Shown here in pieces: positions 48,151-58,031 of a stretch of 64,000 bases of DNA; the first letter of the stretch is position 1; each line of letters opens with the position of its first letter. The stretch spans positions 322,074 to 386,073 of the forward strand of contig JAVZCO010000001.1 in assembly GCA_038874355.1 (NCBI GenBank), in the 5' to 3' direction. This stretch comes from Candidatus Pacearchaeota archaeon (lineage in GTDB: Archaea; Nanobdellota; Nanobdellia; Pacearchaeales; GW2011-AR1). Under the pieces are notes generated by a model, which saw nothing but the letters and a program-made list of their open reading frames with translations, was not told where the DNA came from and did not search any database. The position numbers were made by a program, and so were the translations under genes.

Positions 48151-50799
48151 TTAGTTATCTAATTTAAAATATAATTTTTTATTATTTTGCTCTTTCAAAA
48201 TATTAAATATAATAATTAGTAAAAATCCAAACAAAATAGAAATAATCCAATCTATTCTTTTTATACTTATAGTTTCAAATACTTTATTTAAAGGAGTGTA
48301 AATTATAACTAAAGTCGCTAACAAAGATATTATAGATGCATAAAATAAGTAAATATTTGCTTTAAATGATTTAAAAGAAACTTTTTTTCTAAAAGACATA
48401 AAATTATAAGCATTAAAAATTTCTAATAAGATTAAAGTAGTAAGAGCAGTTGTTCTTGCAAAAACAACATCTTGTTTTAAAATATTAAATGAAATATAAA
48501 AAGAGATTAATGTAAAAAACGCTATTAAAATACCAGCACTACAAAACCATTTTATCAAATCCTTATTTAATATATCTCTATTCTTTCTAGGTTTCTCTTC
48601 CATTATATCACTAGAGTAAGGAGTTAATGCTAAGGTTATTGCAGGTAAATCGTCTGTAACTAGGTTCATAAATAATATCTGTATTGCTAACAATAAAGGA
48701 ATTTGCCATCCTAAAATAGGTGCTAATAGAACACCAATAAAAAGAATCATAAGTTCTGCAAGATTGCAAGATAGTTGATAACTAACAAATTTTCTTATAT
48801 TTTTGAAAATTGTTCTTCCTTCTTTTATTGCTTCTACAATTGTTGCAAAATTGTCATCTTTTAATACTAAATCAGAAACCTCCCTAGAAACATCTGTTCC
48901 TTTTTTTCCCATTGCAACACCAATATGAGCCTCTTTTAAAGCAGGAGCATCATTAACACCATCTCCAGTCATTGTTACAATTTCCTTATTTGCTTTTAGT
49001 GCTTTAACTATCCTTAATTTATGTTCTGGATTAACTCTAGCAAAGATTACTATTTCTTTTATTATTCTTTCTAATTCTTCGTCTGTAATTTCTTCGAGTT
49101 CCTGACCCGTTATGACTCTTCCTTCTCTTAAATTAATTTTTTTTGCTGTTGCTATTGCGGTTTCTTTATCATCTCCTGTTATCATCTTTACTTCAATTCC
49201 AGCCCTATAACAAGATTTTATAGCCTCTTTTACTTCTTCTCTAGGGGGATCTTCTATTCCAACAAATCCCAAGAATACTAAATCCCCTTCAAATTTGTCT
49301 TTATCAAAAGAGTTTATTTCTTTGTAAGCAATTGCTAAAGTCCTCAATGAAGAAGAAGTAAATTTTTTATTCATTTTTAAAATATTTTTTTTCTCTATAT
49401 TTGTTAAACTAAAAATTCCATTATCTCTTAGTATTCTATTACACTTGCTCAATATTATTTCTAAGGCACCTTTTGAAAAAACATAACTTTTATTTTCTAA
49501 ATTACACAAAACAGACATCATTTTCTTTTTAGAATCAAAAGGAATCTCTTCTATTCTTTTTGCATTTAAATCTTCTTTATGAATAGATGCTTTTGCAGCC
49601 ATAATCAATAAAGCGCCTTCTGTAGCACTTCCATTTATATTATATACATAATCTTCACCCGTTCTTGTAATAAAAGAATCATTACATAAAACAGAAGATT
49701 TTATCAAAAGAGATAAAACATTATTATTTAGAGGATCTATTTTTTTTCCATTAATAAAAAAATCTCCTTTACCTTCATAACCAATTCCACTAACTTCAAT
49801 AATTTCATTATTACAAAATATTTTGCTTACAGTCATTTCTCCTGTTGTTATTGTTCCAGTTTTATCAGAGCATATTACTGTTGTTTCTCCTAATGTTTCA
49901 ATTATAGACATTCTATTAACAATAGCATTTTTTTTAGACATTCTATAAACTCCAGTCGCTAATGCTGTAGTTAAAACAACAGGAAATCCTTCTGGAAAAG
50001 CAGAAACCGCAAGTGCAATAATTAATATTAAAGCATCAATAAAAAGAGTTTGTGTTTTTTGTTGTGTCGCTATCATTAAAATTCCTGTAAGGACAGAAAA
50101 AATTATGGCAACATAAACCATATATTTTGCTATTTTATTTATTTTTTTTTGTAAAGGCAATTCTTTTTCTGCTTTGGAGATCATATTTGCTATTTTTCCA
50201 AATCTTGTGTTCATTCCAGTGTGAATTACTTTTGCTATACATTTTCCGCTCAGAATTAAAGAACCGGCAAATAGACATTCTTTTTCAGAATATTTCTTTT
50301 CACTTTTTATTGGAAATTTTTTAATTTCTTTTGATTCTCCAGTTAAAATAGATTCATCAACATAAAGATTTTTTTCTTCTAATATTATACAATCAGCAGG
50401 AACTTTTTCCCCACTTCTTAATATAAGAATATCTTGAGGTACTATTTCTCTAGAAGGAATTTCTTTTTCCTTTCCATCTCTTACTACTATAGAAACAGGC
50501 ATTAATATGCTCTTCAAAGATTTTATTGCTTTTTCTGCTTTGAATTCTTGAAAAAAACCAGTTAATGTTATAAGAAAAATTATAAAAATTATTGTGTATG
50601 CTGTTATATTTTTATTTACAATAAAAGATAAAATTGCCGCTACTAATAATAAATAGATTATATAATTATTTATTAATTGTCTTAAAAATATTCTTATTGG
50701 CGATACGATAAAAGTTTCTTTTATTTCATTAAATCCATAAATTTCTAAATTCTTTTTTGCTTGTTCTTCACTAAGTCCTCTTTTATTAATCATATACAT
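48151..50799 (-). CDS. P-type cation-transporting ATPase (type II, Ca2+/cation pump-like)
   Basis: Phosphorylation site ICSDKTGTIT, MITGD, hinge TGDGVNDAPAL, ten predicted TM helices. 882 aa. Confidence 0.85.
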   Translation of the reverse strand: MYMINKRGLSEEQAKKNLEIYGFNEIKETFIVSPIRIFLRQLINNYIIYLLLVAAILSFIVNKNITAYTIIFIIFLITLTGFFQEFKAEKAIKSLKSILMPVSIVVRDGKEKEIPSREIVPQDILILRSGEKVPADCIILEEKNLYVDESILTGESKEIKKFPIKSEKKYSEKECLFAGSLILSGKCIAKVIHTGMNTRFGKIANMISKAEKELPLQKKINKIAKYMVYVAIIFSVLTGILMIATQQKTQTLFIDALILIIALAVSAFPEGFPVVLTTALATGVYRMSKKNAIVNRMSIIETLGETTVICSDKTGTITTGEMTVSKIFCNNEIIEVSGIGYEGKGDFFINGKKIDPLNNNVLSLLIKSSVLCNDSFITRTGEDYVYNINGSATEGALLIMAAKASIHKEDLNAKRIEEIPFDSKKKMMSVLCNLENKSYVFSKGALEIILSKCNRILRDNGIFSLTNIEKKNILKMNKKFTSSSLRTLAIAYKEINSFDKDKFEGDLVFLGFVGIEDPPREEVKEAIKSCYRAGIEVKMITGDDKETAIATAKKINLREGRVITGQELEEITDEELERIIKEIVIFARVNPEHKLRIVKALKANKEIVTMTGDGVNDAPALKEAHIGVAMGKKGTDVSREVSDLVLKDDNFATIVEAIKEGRTIFKNIRKFVSYQLSCNLAELMILFIGVLLAPILGWQIPLLLAIQILFMNLVTDDLPAITLALTPYSSDIMEEKPRKNRDILNKDLIKWFCSAGILIAFFTLISFYISFNILKQDVVFARTTALTTLILLEIFNAYNFMSFRKKVSFKSFKANIYLFYASIISLLATLVIIYTPLNKVFETISIKRIDWIISILFGFLLIIIFNILKEQNNKKLYFKLDN

Positions 50800-50839
50800 A
50801 AAATAAATTTTTCATTTAAATATTTAACCTAATTAATGA

Positions 50840-51319
50840 TTATTTAATAGAAAGAAAGTTTAAATAAGAAGCAAAAATTATCCATAAAAAGTAAGGGATA
50901 AGAAGGTAAGAAGAAACTTTATTAATTTTATAAGAAACTTTTATTAATATTATTATAGAAAAGAAGAGGAATATTATTTCAAAAAAAGATAATAATGGAT
51001 TTTTTAAAACAAAATAAATAAAAGTCCATAAGATATTAAGAAAAAAATTAATTCCATATACTATTAATATTATTTTCTTTTCATTTTTATTTGAAGAAAT
51101 CCAAGAAAAATATATAGATAAAGATATTAAAAAAAATAGAATATTCCAAACTATAACAAAGATAAAATTAGGAGGAGTTATTCCTGGTTTTATACTTTCA
51201 TACCATTCTGTTTTAACAGAAGAGGAAGTGAATACACTTCCAATGAAAGCAACAGAAAAAACAATAAATAAAATAAAGAAAAATATAAAAATTTTATTAA
51301 TTTTCTTTTTATTATCCAT
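50840..51319 (-). CDS. TspO/MBR-like tryptophan-rich membrane protein (putative)
   Basis: Five TM helices, W-rich, C-terminal LLIPYFLWIIFASYLNF resembling the TspO LVPYLAWVSFASVLN block. Confidence 0.45.
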   Translation of the reverse strand: MDNKKKINKIFIFFFILFIVFSVAFIGSVFTSSSVKTEWYESIKPGITPPNFIFVIVWNILFFLISLSIYFSWISSNKNEKKIILIVYGINFFLNILWTFIYFVLKNPLLSFFEIIFLFFSIIILIKVSYKINKVSSYLLIPYFLWIIFASYLNFLSIK

Positions 51320-51358
51320 ATTATTGAATGATTTTATTATTTAAAAATTCTTCTTTAA

Positions 51359-52159
51359 TTAATATAAATCTTCTCTTGAAGGATATGCCTTTATTTTTAT
51401 TAAATCTTTTTCATTTATTATTCTTTTTACTTTTATTTTAATATTTGTTGGAAATTTTAATCTCTTTGGATAAGATCTATAAACTATTTTTAAATTTACT
51501 TCTTTGTTGTCTACAGTTTTTCCCAAATCTTTTGTTATAAAACTTACATAAACATTTCCAATTTTTGTTATTCCAGTTACTTGTACATCATATTCTTTTC
51601 CTATTCTATATTCAATATTTTTTCCTTCCGAATTAACAACTAAACAAGAAGTATTAGAACAATTTTCTAAATTAGACCCTTTTTTTATATAATTTATATT
51701 TTTTGCATTTTCTAACCTATTTAAAACTTTTACTTTTACTATTTTTATATCTTTTTCCTCTTCTATAGAAGAAATTTCTGATTTATAGAAATTATAATCT
51801 TTCAAAATAGAATCATTATCTATAATTCCTAAAAAATTTTTATTTAATAATTCATAAAAAAAATAAGGAGAATTATTCTTTTCTAAAATTTCTTTTATTC
51901 TTTCACCAAAATTTATAATGTAATCCATTTCTTCTTCTGTTATAGTTTTTTCTATTATTTCTTCTAATTGCTTTTTTATTGGTTGGGCTATAACATTCAA
52001 AAAATCTCCTCTTTCAATAATAAAATTTGGTTTATTATTTCTTAATACAGGAATGTTGAGAGTATTTATTAAATAATCAAAAAATTCTATTATTTCATTT
52101 TTATTTTTCTTCATAAAATAATAAATAAAGTAGATTTTAAAAAAATTATTAATTTTCAA
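51359..52159 (-). CDS. hypothetical protein
   Basis: 266-aa soluble ORF with no recognised motif. Confidence 0.35.
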   Translation of the reverse strand: MKINNFFKIYFIYYFMKKNKNEIIEFFDYLINTLNIPVLRNNKPNFIIERGDFLNVIAQPIKKQLEEIIEKTITEEEMDYIINFGERIKEILEKNNSPYFFYELLNKNFLGIIDNDSILKDYNFYKSEISSIEEEKDIKIVKVKVLNRLENAKNINYIKKGSNLENCSNTSCLVVNSEGKNIEYRIGKEYDVQVTGITKIGNVYVSFITKDLGKTVDNKEVNLKIVYRSYPKRLKFPTNIKIKVKRIINEKDLIKIKAYPSREDLY

Positions 52160-52249
52160 TATTATCTTTTGTAGATATATTTTAACTTAAAGATACTTTT
52201 ATACATCTTTTGTATATTACAAAAATAAATGATTATAAAAAATTTAAAT

Positions 52250-52599
52250 ATGTGAGTTGGATATAAGCCGCATTCTGTCAATCCCTGCCTGAACAGACGG
52301 ATTGTGCCAACATTCGACTATGCCTCTTAAAAGAGTTGCACCGACTGAGTTGGCCGTTTCATCATATCTCTTGTTTCATAGTTCTTTGCATAATTCATTA
52401 CTCTACAAGAGCTGTGTCGTTTCTGTTCCAGAGCTTACTCTCACGAGTATCTTCCTTTCGGAAGACAGCCCTCTTTAACAAGAGTTGTCTCTTTTAGAAG
52501 AGACAAGGTGTGCGGACTTTCCTCAGAACCAGCCTTGATTACTTTTTCAAGGCTTGTTGATTTAACAACAGGTTCCGAAGTTGGCTATCCAACTCGCAT
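52250..52599 (-). ncRNA. rnpB: RNase P RNA
   Basis: GC-rich island with terminal inverted repeat gagttggata/tatccaactc (P1). Minus strand carries GAGGAAAGUCCGCACACC (P4 5' strand, consensus AGGAAAGUCCGGGC) and ACAGAAUGCGGCUUAU (P4 3' strand, consensus ACAGAAcCCGGCUUA). Confidence 0.75.
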
Positions 52600-52729
52600 A
52601 AAAAAATGTACTTTTACATTTAAAAGTTTTTCTTTTTTTTGACTTTGTATTTTTAATGTATAATAAATAATATAAATAAAAAAACAAAAATTTATAAATT
52701 AATTTTTCTATTATTAAAATAATAATAAA

Positions 52730-55700
52730 ATGAAAAAAGAGATATTATTGTTATTATTTTGTTTTATTTGTTCATATGCACTGTTACCAGAAAATATTAC
52801 AGCTACTTGTTTAATACCTCCTTCTAATCCTTCTTATGATTACAACAATGATAATATAATTGATATTTATGATGTTAATTCTTTACTTCAAGTATCTATT
52901 GAATTAAGTAATTGTCAATCAAATAAAATTTGTGACCTAAATAATGATGGAATAATAGATATATCTGATGTTAATCTTCTTCAAAATTGGATTTATTCTA
53001 ATAACTGTCCTTTACTTAATTGTTCAGATAATCAGACCATAATGAAAGTTTCTAATATAACAAATGCTTATGCAGAAATTTGGAATGAAACAGAAAATTA
53101 TCTTTATCCAATCTGTTACCAAAATATATTCGGAGTCAATTATCCTGAACAAAATTCTCATGAATGTATAAAAAATAATAAAGTTATTGGGCTATCTTTG
53201 ACAAAAAACGCTCTTGCAGAGATTCCCTCTCTAAATAATTACCCGGTTAACGTTTGTTATGGAGATTTAGAATGTAACTCTACAAATCAATCTTGTGATT
53301 CTCTTGGCACAAATTATAAAGAGATTATAAGATTATCTAAAGAGACAAATGCTCTTTTAGAGATACCAATTAATTTTAGTTCATTTATTTTAGAGATTAA
53401 AGGAACATCAAAAGAAAATATATCGCATGTTAAAAATTATGAAAAAACAATAATATTAACAGATAAAATAGAAAATAAAACCATGATTGTACAAACCGAT
53501 ACATATGTAAATATTATGGAACCTCCTTCTAATTATCTTTCTTATTTTCCTTACCGGCAAACTACAAAAACATTTCAAGCAAATAAAGGGGATAATGTTA
53601 GTATAAAAGTTTTATACAAACAACAATTATCAAGTAATATTATCATTACTTACGGTATATACAAAAATGATATAAATATATATAATGTTACACAAATTAG
53701 AACACCAAACAAAGTTGGATTAGCAGCAGTATATAGAGAAGATAAAAGAGAATATTCTGAGAAAATAAAAGAATCAAAAGAAATAAGAAAAGAATATGCA
53801 GAAAAAGAAATAAAAAAATTTGGAAAAATTCCAGATAGTGTAATTAGCGAATCTTTAATGGATAATTTTGTTGGTTATTCTTATAGTGGCAGTAAAGATG
53901 TTAATAATTTTGTTACAATCAGTTCTGCTAATATTTATATAGATAATAATACAAAAGCAATAAAATTATTTCAAAAAGCAAGTACAATTGCTATTTGTGG
54001 TATGGTTAGAATGTGTATATCTACACCGAATGGATTATGTAATTCAAGTTATCAAAGCAATTATATGTTTCTTCATCATCTTTATTATGTAAATTATAAT
54101 GAAACCGGCGATTATATAATTCCTAATAATTTTGGTTGTAAAGGATATTATTATAATAAAAGCAGAGGAGATTTATACCTGCCTTCTTTAGATAAGAGTA
54201 TGGTTAGAATAGGAGAGATGAGAATAGATAATCCTCCTATTGGTAATCAAACTATTATCGTTCAAGTTGCTGGAACAAGCGACGTTTATTTAAGAGGAGG
54301 AGAAATATATTTAGAAAAAAATTCTAATTTATCACAAGAATTTATCGTAAGTAGTAATAATCCTTTTGTAAATGTTTATTTTTCAGATACGAAAGAAAAT
54401 AAAACAACTAATATAGCATCAGATATTCTAGGAAAATTATTGTTATATAACACTTTTCCAATAAAAATTTGTTGTAAGTCATTAATAGCCGAAAATATAC
54501 CATATCATCAAACAGAAGAACCAAATCAAACAGAATTTGGTTGTAATGTTAGTGAAAATCATCCTTATGATTATAATGATGATAAAGTTATTGATGCTTC
54601 AGATACAGGATTTTTACTAAAGGTTGCTTTAGAGTTAAATAACTGTCCATCAAATAAAATTTGTGACTTAAATAATGATGGAACAATAGATATATCTGAT
54701 GTTACTCTTCTAGTGAGATATATAACTGTAGATAATTGTAATATAACTATACCACAAATCCCAAAAGGAATAGCATACTGGGCTGATATGAATCAAAATT
54801 ATATAAATAAAACTAATGTAAATGATAGTGTATTAATGATATACAATATAGGAGAAGAATATAACGGACAGGAAATTAATTTTGAAGTTCATGAAGTAGA
54901 TAAAGGTTTATTTGATGTAGATTGTTCTGGTGACTGGCCTAATGAAGCAAGATATGCAAAAGCAAATGTTATTAATGGAAAAGCAATTGCTTTATGGAAA
55001 GCAAGATATTGTTCTAATGGAGAAAGTGATGGAGTTTATTTTATAGCAAAATTAAATGATACTATAAAAAATGAATCAGATATACTAGAAATTCTTTCTT
55101 ATAATAATGAAAAACCATATATAAAAATATTATCTCCTGAAAATGAAGATAAATTCTTAGTTAATAATGATATATCTTTTAATCTTTTCTATAAAGATGT
55201 AGATGACGAATTAGAAATAACATGGAATTTCAATAATGAAAATACAACAACTTTAACTAATTGCTTAAATAATAATTGTAATATAATAAAACATAGTTTT
55301 AATACACCTGGAGTTAAGATAATAAAAGTAAGAGCAAAAGAAAAGAATAGAGAACAATATTCAGAAGATGCAATATCCTTATATATTTATAAAGAAGGAA
55401 TAAATGTATTTGCAGTTATATCTAAACCAGATCCTAAAAAAGAAATAATAATTCAAAATATAACAAAAGTAGAATTTGACGGTTCTTCTTCATATGTATC
55501 AAATTGTACTAAATGTGAAAATAATATCTGTATAAATTGTCCTTCTAATAAAGAATGCTATAATGTAACAAGCAATACAGAAATATTACAATGTTTTGAT
55601 TTGCCAAAACCACAGCCAATAAATAGTCCTTTGCAAGGATATAACTTATGGTTTAATTGGACTATTTTAAGAGAAGATAATAACTTATACGGTAATATAT

Positions 55701-55807
55701 ATGGAGATTGGAATGAAAATTATTATAGCAGTGTTAATTTTAATCATACTTTTCGTCAATCAGGAAAATATAAAGCAAAATTAAAAGTAGGTTATGAACC
55801 ATTATAA
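52730..55807 (+). CDS. large secreted protein with two dockerin modules (N-terminal and internal)
   Basis: Signal peptide. Two Ca-binding dockerin repeat pairs (DYNNDNIIDIYD + DLNNDGIIDISD, and DYNDDKVIDASD + DLNNDGTIDISD), each bracketed by Cys. Many N-glycosylation sequons. Confidence 0.65.
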   Translation: MKKEILLLLFCFICSYALLPENITATCLIPPSNPSYDYNNDNIIDIYDVNSLLQVSIELSNCQSNKICDLNNDGIIDISDVNLLQNWIYSNNCPLLNCSDNQTIMKVSNITNAYAEIWNETENYLYPICYQNIFGVNYPEQNSHECIKNNKVIGLSLTKNALAEIPSLNNYPVNVCYGDLECNSTNQSCDSLGTNYKEIIRLSKETNALLEIPINFSSFILEIKGTSKENISHVKNYEKTIILTDKIENKTMIVQTDTYVNIMEPPSNYLSYFPYRQTTKTFQANKGDNVSIKVLYKQQLSSNIIITYGIYKNDINIYNVTQIRTPNKVGLAAVYREDKREYSEKIKESKEIRKEYAEKEIKKFGKIPDSVISESLMDNFVGYSYSGSKDVNNFVTISSANIYIDNNTKAIKLFQKASTIAICGMVRMCISTPNGLCNSSYQSNYMFLHHLYYVNYNETGDYIIPNNFGCKGYYYNKSRGDLYLPSLDKSMVRIGEMRIDNPPIGNQTIIVQVAGTSDVYLRGGEIYLEKNSNLSQEFIVSSNNPFVNVYFSDTKENKTTNIASDILGKLLLYNTFPIKICCKSLIAENIPYHQTEEPNQTEFGCNVSENHPYDYNDDKVIDASDTGFLLKVALELNNCPSNKICDLNNDGTIDISDVTLLVRYITVDNCNITIPQIPKGIAYWADMNQNYINKTNVNDSVLMIYNIGEEYNGQEINFEVHEVDKGLFDVDCSGDWPNEARYAKANVINGKAIALWKARYCSNGESDGVYFIAKLNDTIKNESDILEILSYNNEKPYIKILSPENEDKFLVNNDISFNLFYKDVDDELEITWNFNNENTTTLTNCLNNNCNIIKHSFNTPGVKIIKVRAKEKNREQYSEDAISLYIYKEGINVFAVISKPDPKKEIIIQNITKVEFDGSSSYVSNCTKCENNICINCPSNKECYNVTSNTEILQCFDLPKPQPINSPLQGYNLWFNWTILREDNNLYGNIYGDWNENYYSSVNFNHTFRQSGKYKAKLKVGYEPL

Positions 55808-55829
55808 AGAAAAATAGAATTAGGATTTA

Positions 55830-56315
55830 ATGATTGGAATTTTTATTTTAGCTGCTATCTTTATATTTTTTATAGTTATTTTTATATTTATTGAATCTAG
55901 GAAAAAGATGATAACAATAAATTTAGAAAAGTTTCAATTCAAACCCGGAGAAGAAATAAAGGGTCAAATATTTTTAAATTTAAAAAAACCTGTAAAAGCA
56001 GAGGAACTAGTAGTTGGACTTGCTGGAAAGCAAAGAAGTAGGAAAGGAGATGATATTGATGGTTATAAAGTCTTTGAATTCTTCCAAAGATTAGACGGAG
56101 AAAAAATATATACTTCAACCCCAGAACCTTATAATTTCTCTATTATGATTCCTTCTAATATTATATCTCAAGTTAAAGATAATTTAGGGAGAACTATCCT
56201 AAATGTTATAGGAACTCTAACAGGATCTTTTCATTTAGTAAGATGGTATGTTGTTGTTAGATTAAAGACTTATGGAATTGATATAACAAAAGAAGTTCAA
56301 ATTAATATATATTAA
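55830..56315 (+). CDS. membrane-anchored arrestin/Spo0M-like domain protein
   Basis: N-terminal TM. FQFKPGEEIKGQIFLNLKKPVKAEELVVGLAG resembles the Spo0M/arrestin-N HYAPGEEVRGVVHVKGGKVEQDIDHITLAL block. Confidence 0.4.
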   Translation: MIGIFILAAIFIFFIVIFIFIESRKKMITINLEKFQFKPGEEIKGQIFLNLKKPVKAEELVVGLAGKQRSRKGDDIDGYKVFEFFQRLDGEKIYTSTPEPYNFSIMIPSNIISQVKDNLGRTILNVIGTLTGSFHLVRWYVVVRLKTYGIDITKEVQINIY

Positions 56316-56529
56316 TAAGCATAATAAAAGTACATAAAATTTCTACTATCCTAAATTTTAATAATTTATTGGCCATCACATTTTTTCAAATGAAATTAAT
56401 ATAGTAGTCATCAAAAAATAATTAATATGGTGAAAAAGGTTTATAAAAATTTTTGTAAAAGATATGAGAGTTTTAAAAAATAAACTTATTAAGATATATT
56501 TAAAAACTTTTTTTTCTTTTAAATTTTAT

Positions 56530-56601
56530 GGGGAGGTAGCTCAGTGGGAGAGCACACGGCTGAAGACCGTGGCGTCGGGAGTTCGATTCTCCCCCTTCCC
56601 A
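56530..56601 (+). tRNA. tRNA-Phe (anticodon GAA)
   Basis: Acceptor GGGGAGG/CCTTCCC, D-arm GCTC-AGTGGGA-GAGC, anticodon arm CACGG-CTGAAGA-CCGTG, T-arm GGGAG-TTCGATT-CTCCC, discriminator A. Confidence 0.85.
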
Positions 56602-56608
56602 TAATAAA

Positions 56609-57103
56609 ATGAAAAAAATATTAAATTTGTTGTTTTTAGGTTATTTTTCTTTAGCAAGCCTTCTTCCTTTAGATTTAAAGGGAAAAAATTTAAAAAGAAT
56701 AGTAATAGATAAATCCGATAGAAAATTATATGTTTATGAAAATGATAAAATAATAAAAACTTTTCTCGTTGGTATAGGAAAAGAAGAATATGAAACTCCT
56801 ACTGGAAAATTTAAAATAAAAGAAATAAGAAAAGATCCTTATTGGATTCCTCCGGAAAAAGATTGGGCAAAAAAAGCAAAAAAGTATGTAAATGATAAAG
56901 GAGTAATTCCTTATGATCATCCTTATAATCCTTTGAGGTATTATTTTATTAATTTAGGAAATGGAATAGGAATTCATGGTTATAGAAATGATATGGGAAT
57001 AGGAAAAAAAAGTTCTCATGGTTGTATCAGAGCAAAAAAAGATTGTTTAGAGTACATTGTAAATAATTTTTTTATTGGAGACGAAGTAATAATTCAAGAA
57101 TAG
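56609..57103 (+). CDS. secreted L,D-transpeptidase (YkuD-domain) protein
   Basis: Signal peptide. YkuD catalytic region GIHGYRNDMGIGKKSSHGCIRAKKD (His...Cys). Confidence 0.7.
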   Translation: MKKILNLLFLGYFSLASLLPLDLKGKNLKRIVIDKSDRKLYVYENDKIIKTFLVGIGKEEYETPTGKFKIKEIRKDPYWIPPEKDWAKKAKKYVNDKGVIPYDHPYNPLRYYFINLGNGIGIHGYRNDMGIGKKSSHGCIRAKKDCLEYIVNNFFIGDEVIIQE

Positions 57104-57249
57104 ATTTTAAAATAAATTTAAAATAGTGCGATTAGATTAAATTCTAAAAAATTATTGATATAAATTAACCGAAAAATAAAAGATTTTGCTATAATTTTTC
57201 CACTTTCTTCCTTTTGTGACTTTTCTATTATTTTTATTTTAAATCCAAT

Positions 57250-57816
57250 CTATTTTTGTAATGCTTTTCTTGTTACAGGTTGCTTTTTAATTTTGCTCAC
57301 TTTTGCTTCATGTTTTATCTCTTTATGTTTTTCTTTTGCTTCTTCTATCTTAGCTATTTCTTCTGCCTTTTCTTTTTCAATTTCTTCTTTTGCTTCTTCT
57401 TCTGCTTTTCTTAATTCTTCTTTTGCCTTTTCTTCTAATTCTTTTTTCTTCTCTTCTTTCTCTTTTCTTATTTTTTCTCCTTCTTCTAAAATTTTCTTTT
57501 CTTTTTCTATTCTATATTTCCAATATTCTGGTATTTCTGCTAGTTCAACTTTAACTATTCCAGAATCTAATTTTTTTGCTTTAATTTTTATTTTAGCAGG
57601 AGGTTTTTTCCTGCTTCTTTTCCAAATTTCTACGTTTAACCATTTATCTAATTTTACTTTTTTTATATCTCTATCTTCTACTCTCATATGTCTTGCAACA
57701 AATTTTTTTAATCCTTTTATAGCAGCATTGATTCTTTTGTAATATGCTTTTTTTATCCAATATTTCCTTAAATTAACAATATACTCTCTTTCAAGTATGA
57801 TATTTTCTTCTGTCAT
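57250..57816 (-). CDS. rpl31e: ribosomal protein L31e with K/E-rich C-terminal extension
   Basis: ILEREYIVNLRKYWIKK...LKKFVARHMRVEDRDIKKVKLDKWLNVEIWKRSRKKPPAKIKIKA matches L31e, followed by about 80 aa of charged low-complexity tail. Confidence 0.75.
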   Translation of the reverse strand: MTEENIILEREYIVNLRKYWIKKAYYKRINAAIKGLKKFVARHMRVEDRDIKKVKLDKWLNVEIWKRSRKKPPAKIKIKAKKLDSGIVKVELAEIPEYWKYRIEKEKKILEEGEKIRKEKEEKKKELEEKAKEELRKAEEEAKEEIEKEKAEEIAKIEEAKEKHKEIKHEAKVSKIKKQPVTRKALQK

Positions 57817-57825
57817 TTTATTTTT

Positions 57826-57999
57826 TTATATACTATTTTCCATTATTTTATTTAATAACCCCATACATTTTTCTATTCTTATAAGATATCTATAATCTGT
57901 TTCTTCTAAAAATATCTTGTCTCTTTTGTTATAATATATTTCTTTGCCTTCTATTTTTCCTAAATAAACATAATTATTTCTAATTTTTGATATTACCAT
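57826..57999 (-). CDS. small conserved protein (57 aa), paralog of 21895..22101, absent from the ORF track
   Basis: My own translation: MVISKIRNNYVYLGKIEGKEIYYNKRDKIFLEETDYRYLIRIEKCMGLLNKIMENSI. Lies between rpl31e and rpl39e. Confidence 0.35.
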   Translation of the reverse strand: MVISKIRNNYVYLGKIEGKEIYYNKRDKIFLEETDYRYLIRIEKCMGLLNKIMENSI

Positions 58000-58031
58000 T
58001 TTTTGATTTTTTCTTTCATTTTAATATAATT

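Noticed and set aside
52250-52599. Considered as a possible group II intron remnant or integrated element because of its abrupt GC shift and terminal inverted repeat
   Set aside because: Both strands of the RNase P P4 pseudoknot are present in the correct order on the minus strand, and the size fits RNase P RNA. No reverse transcriptase or integrase is nearby.
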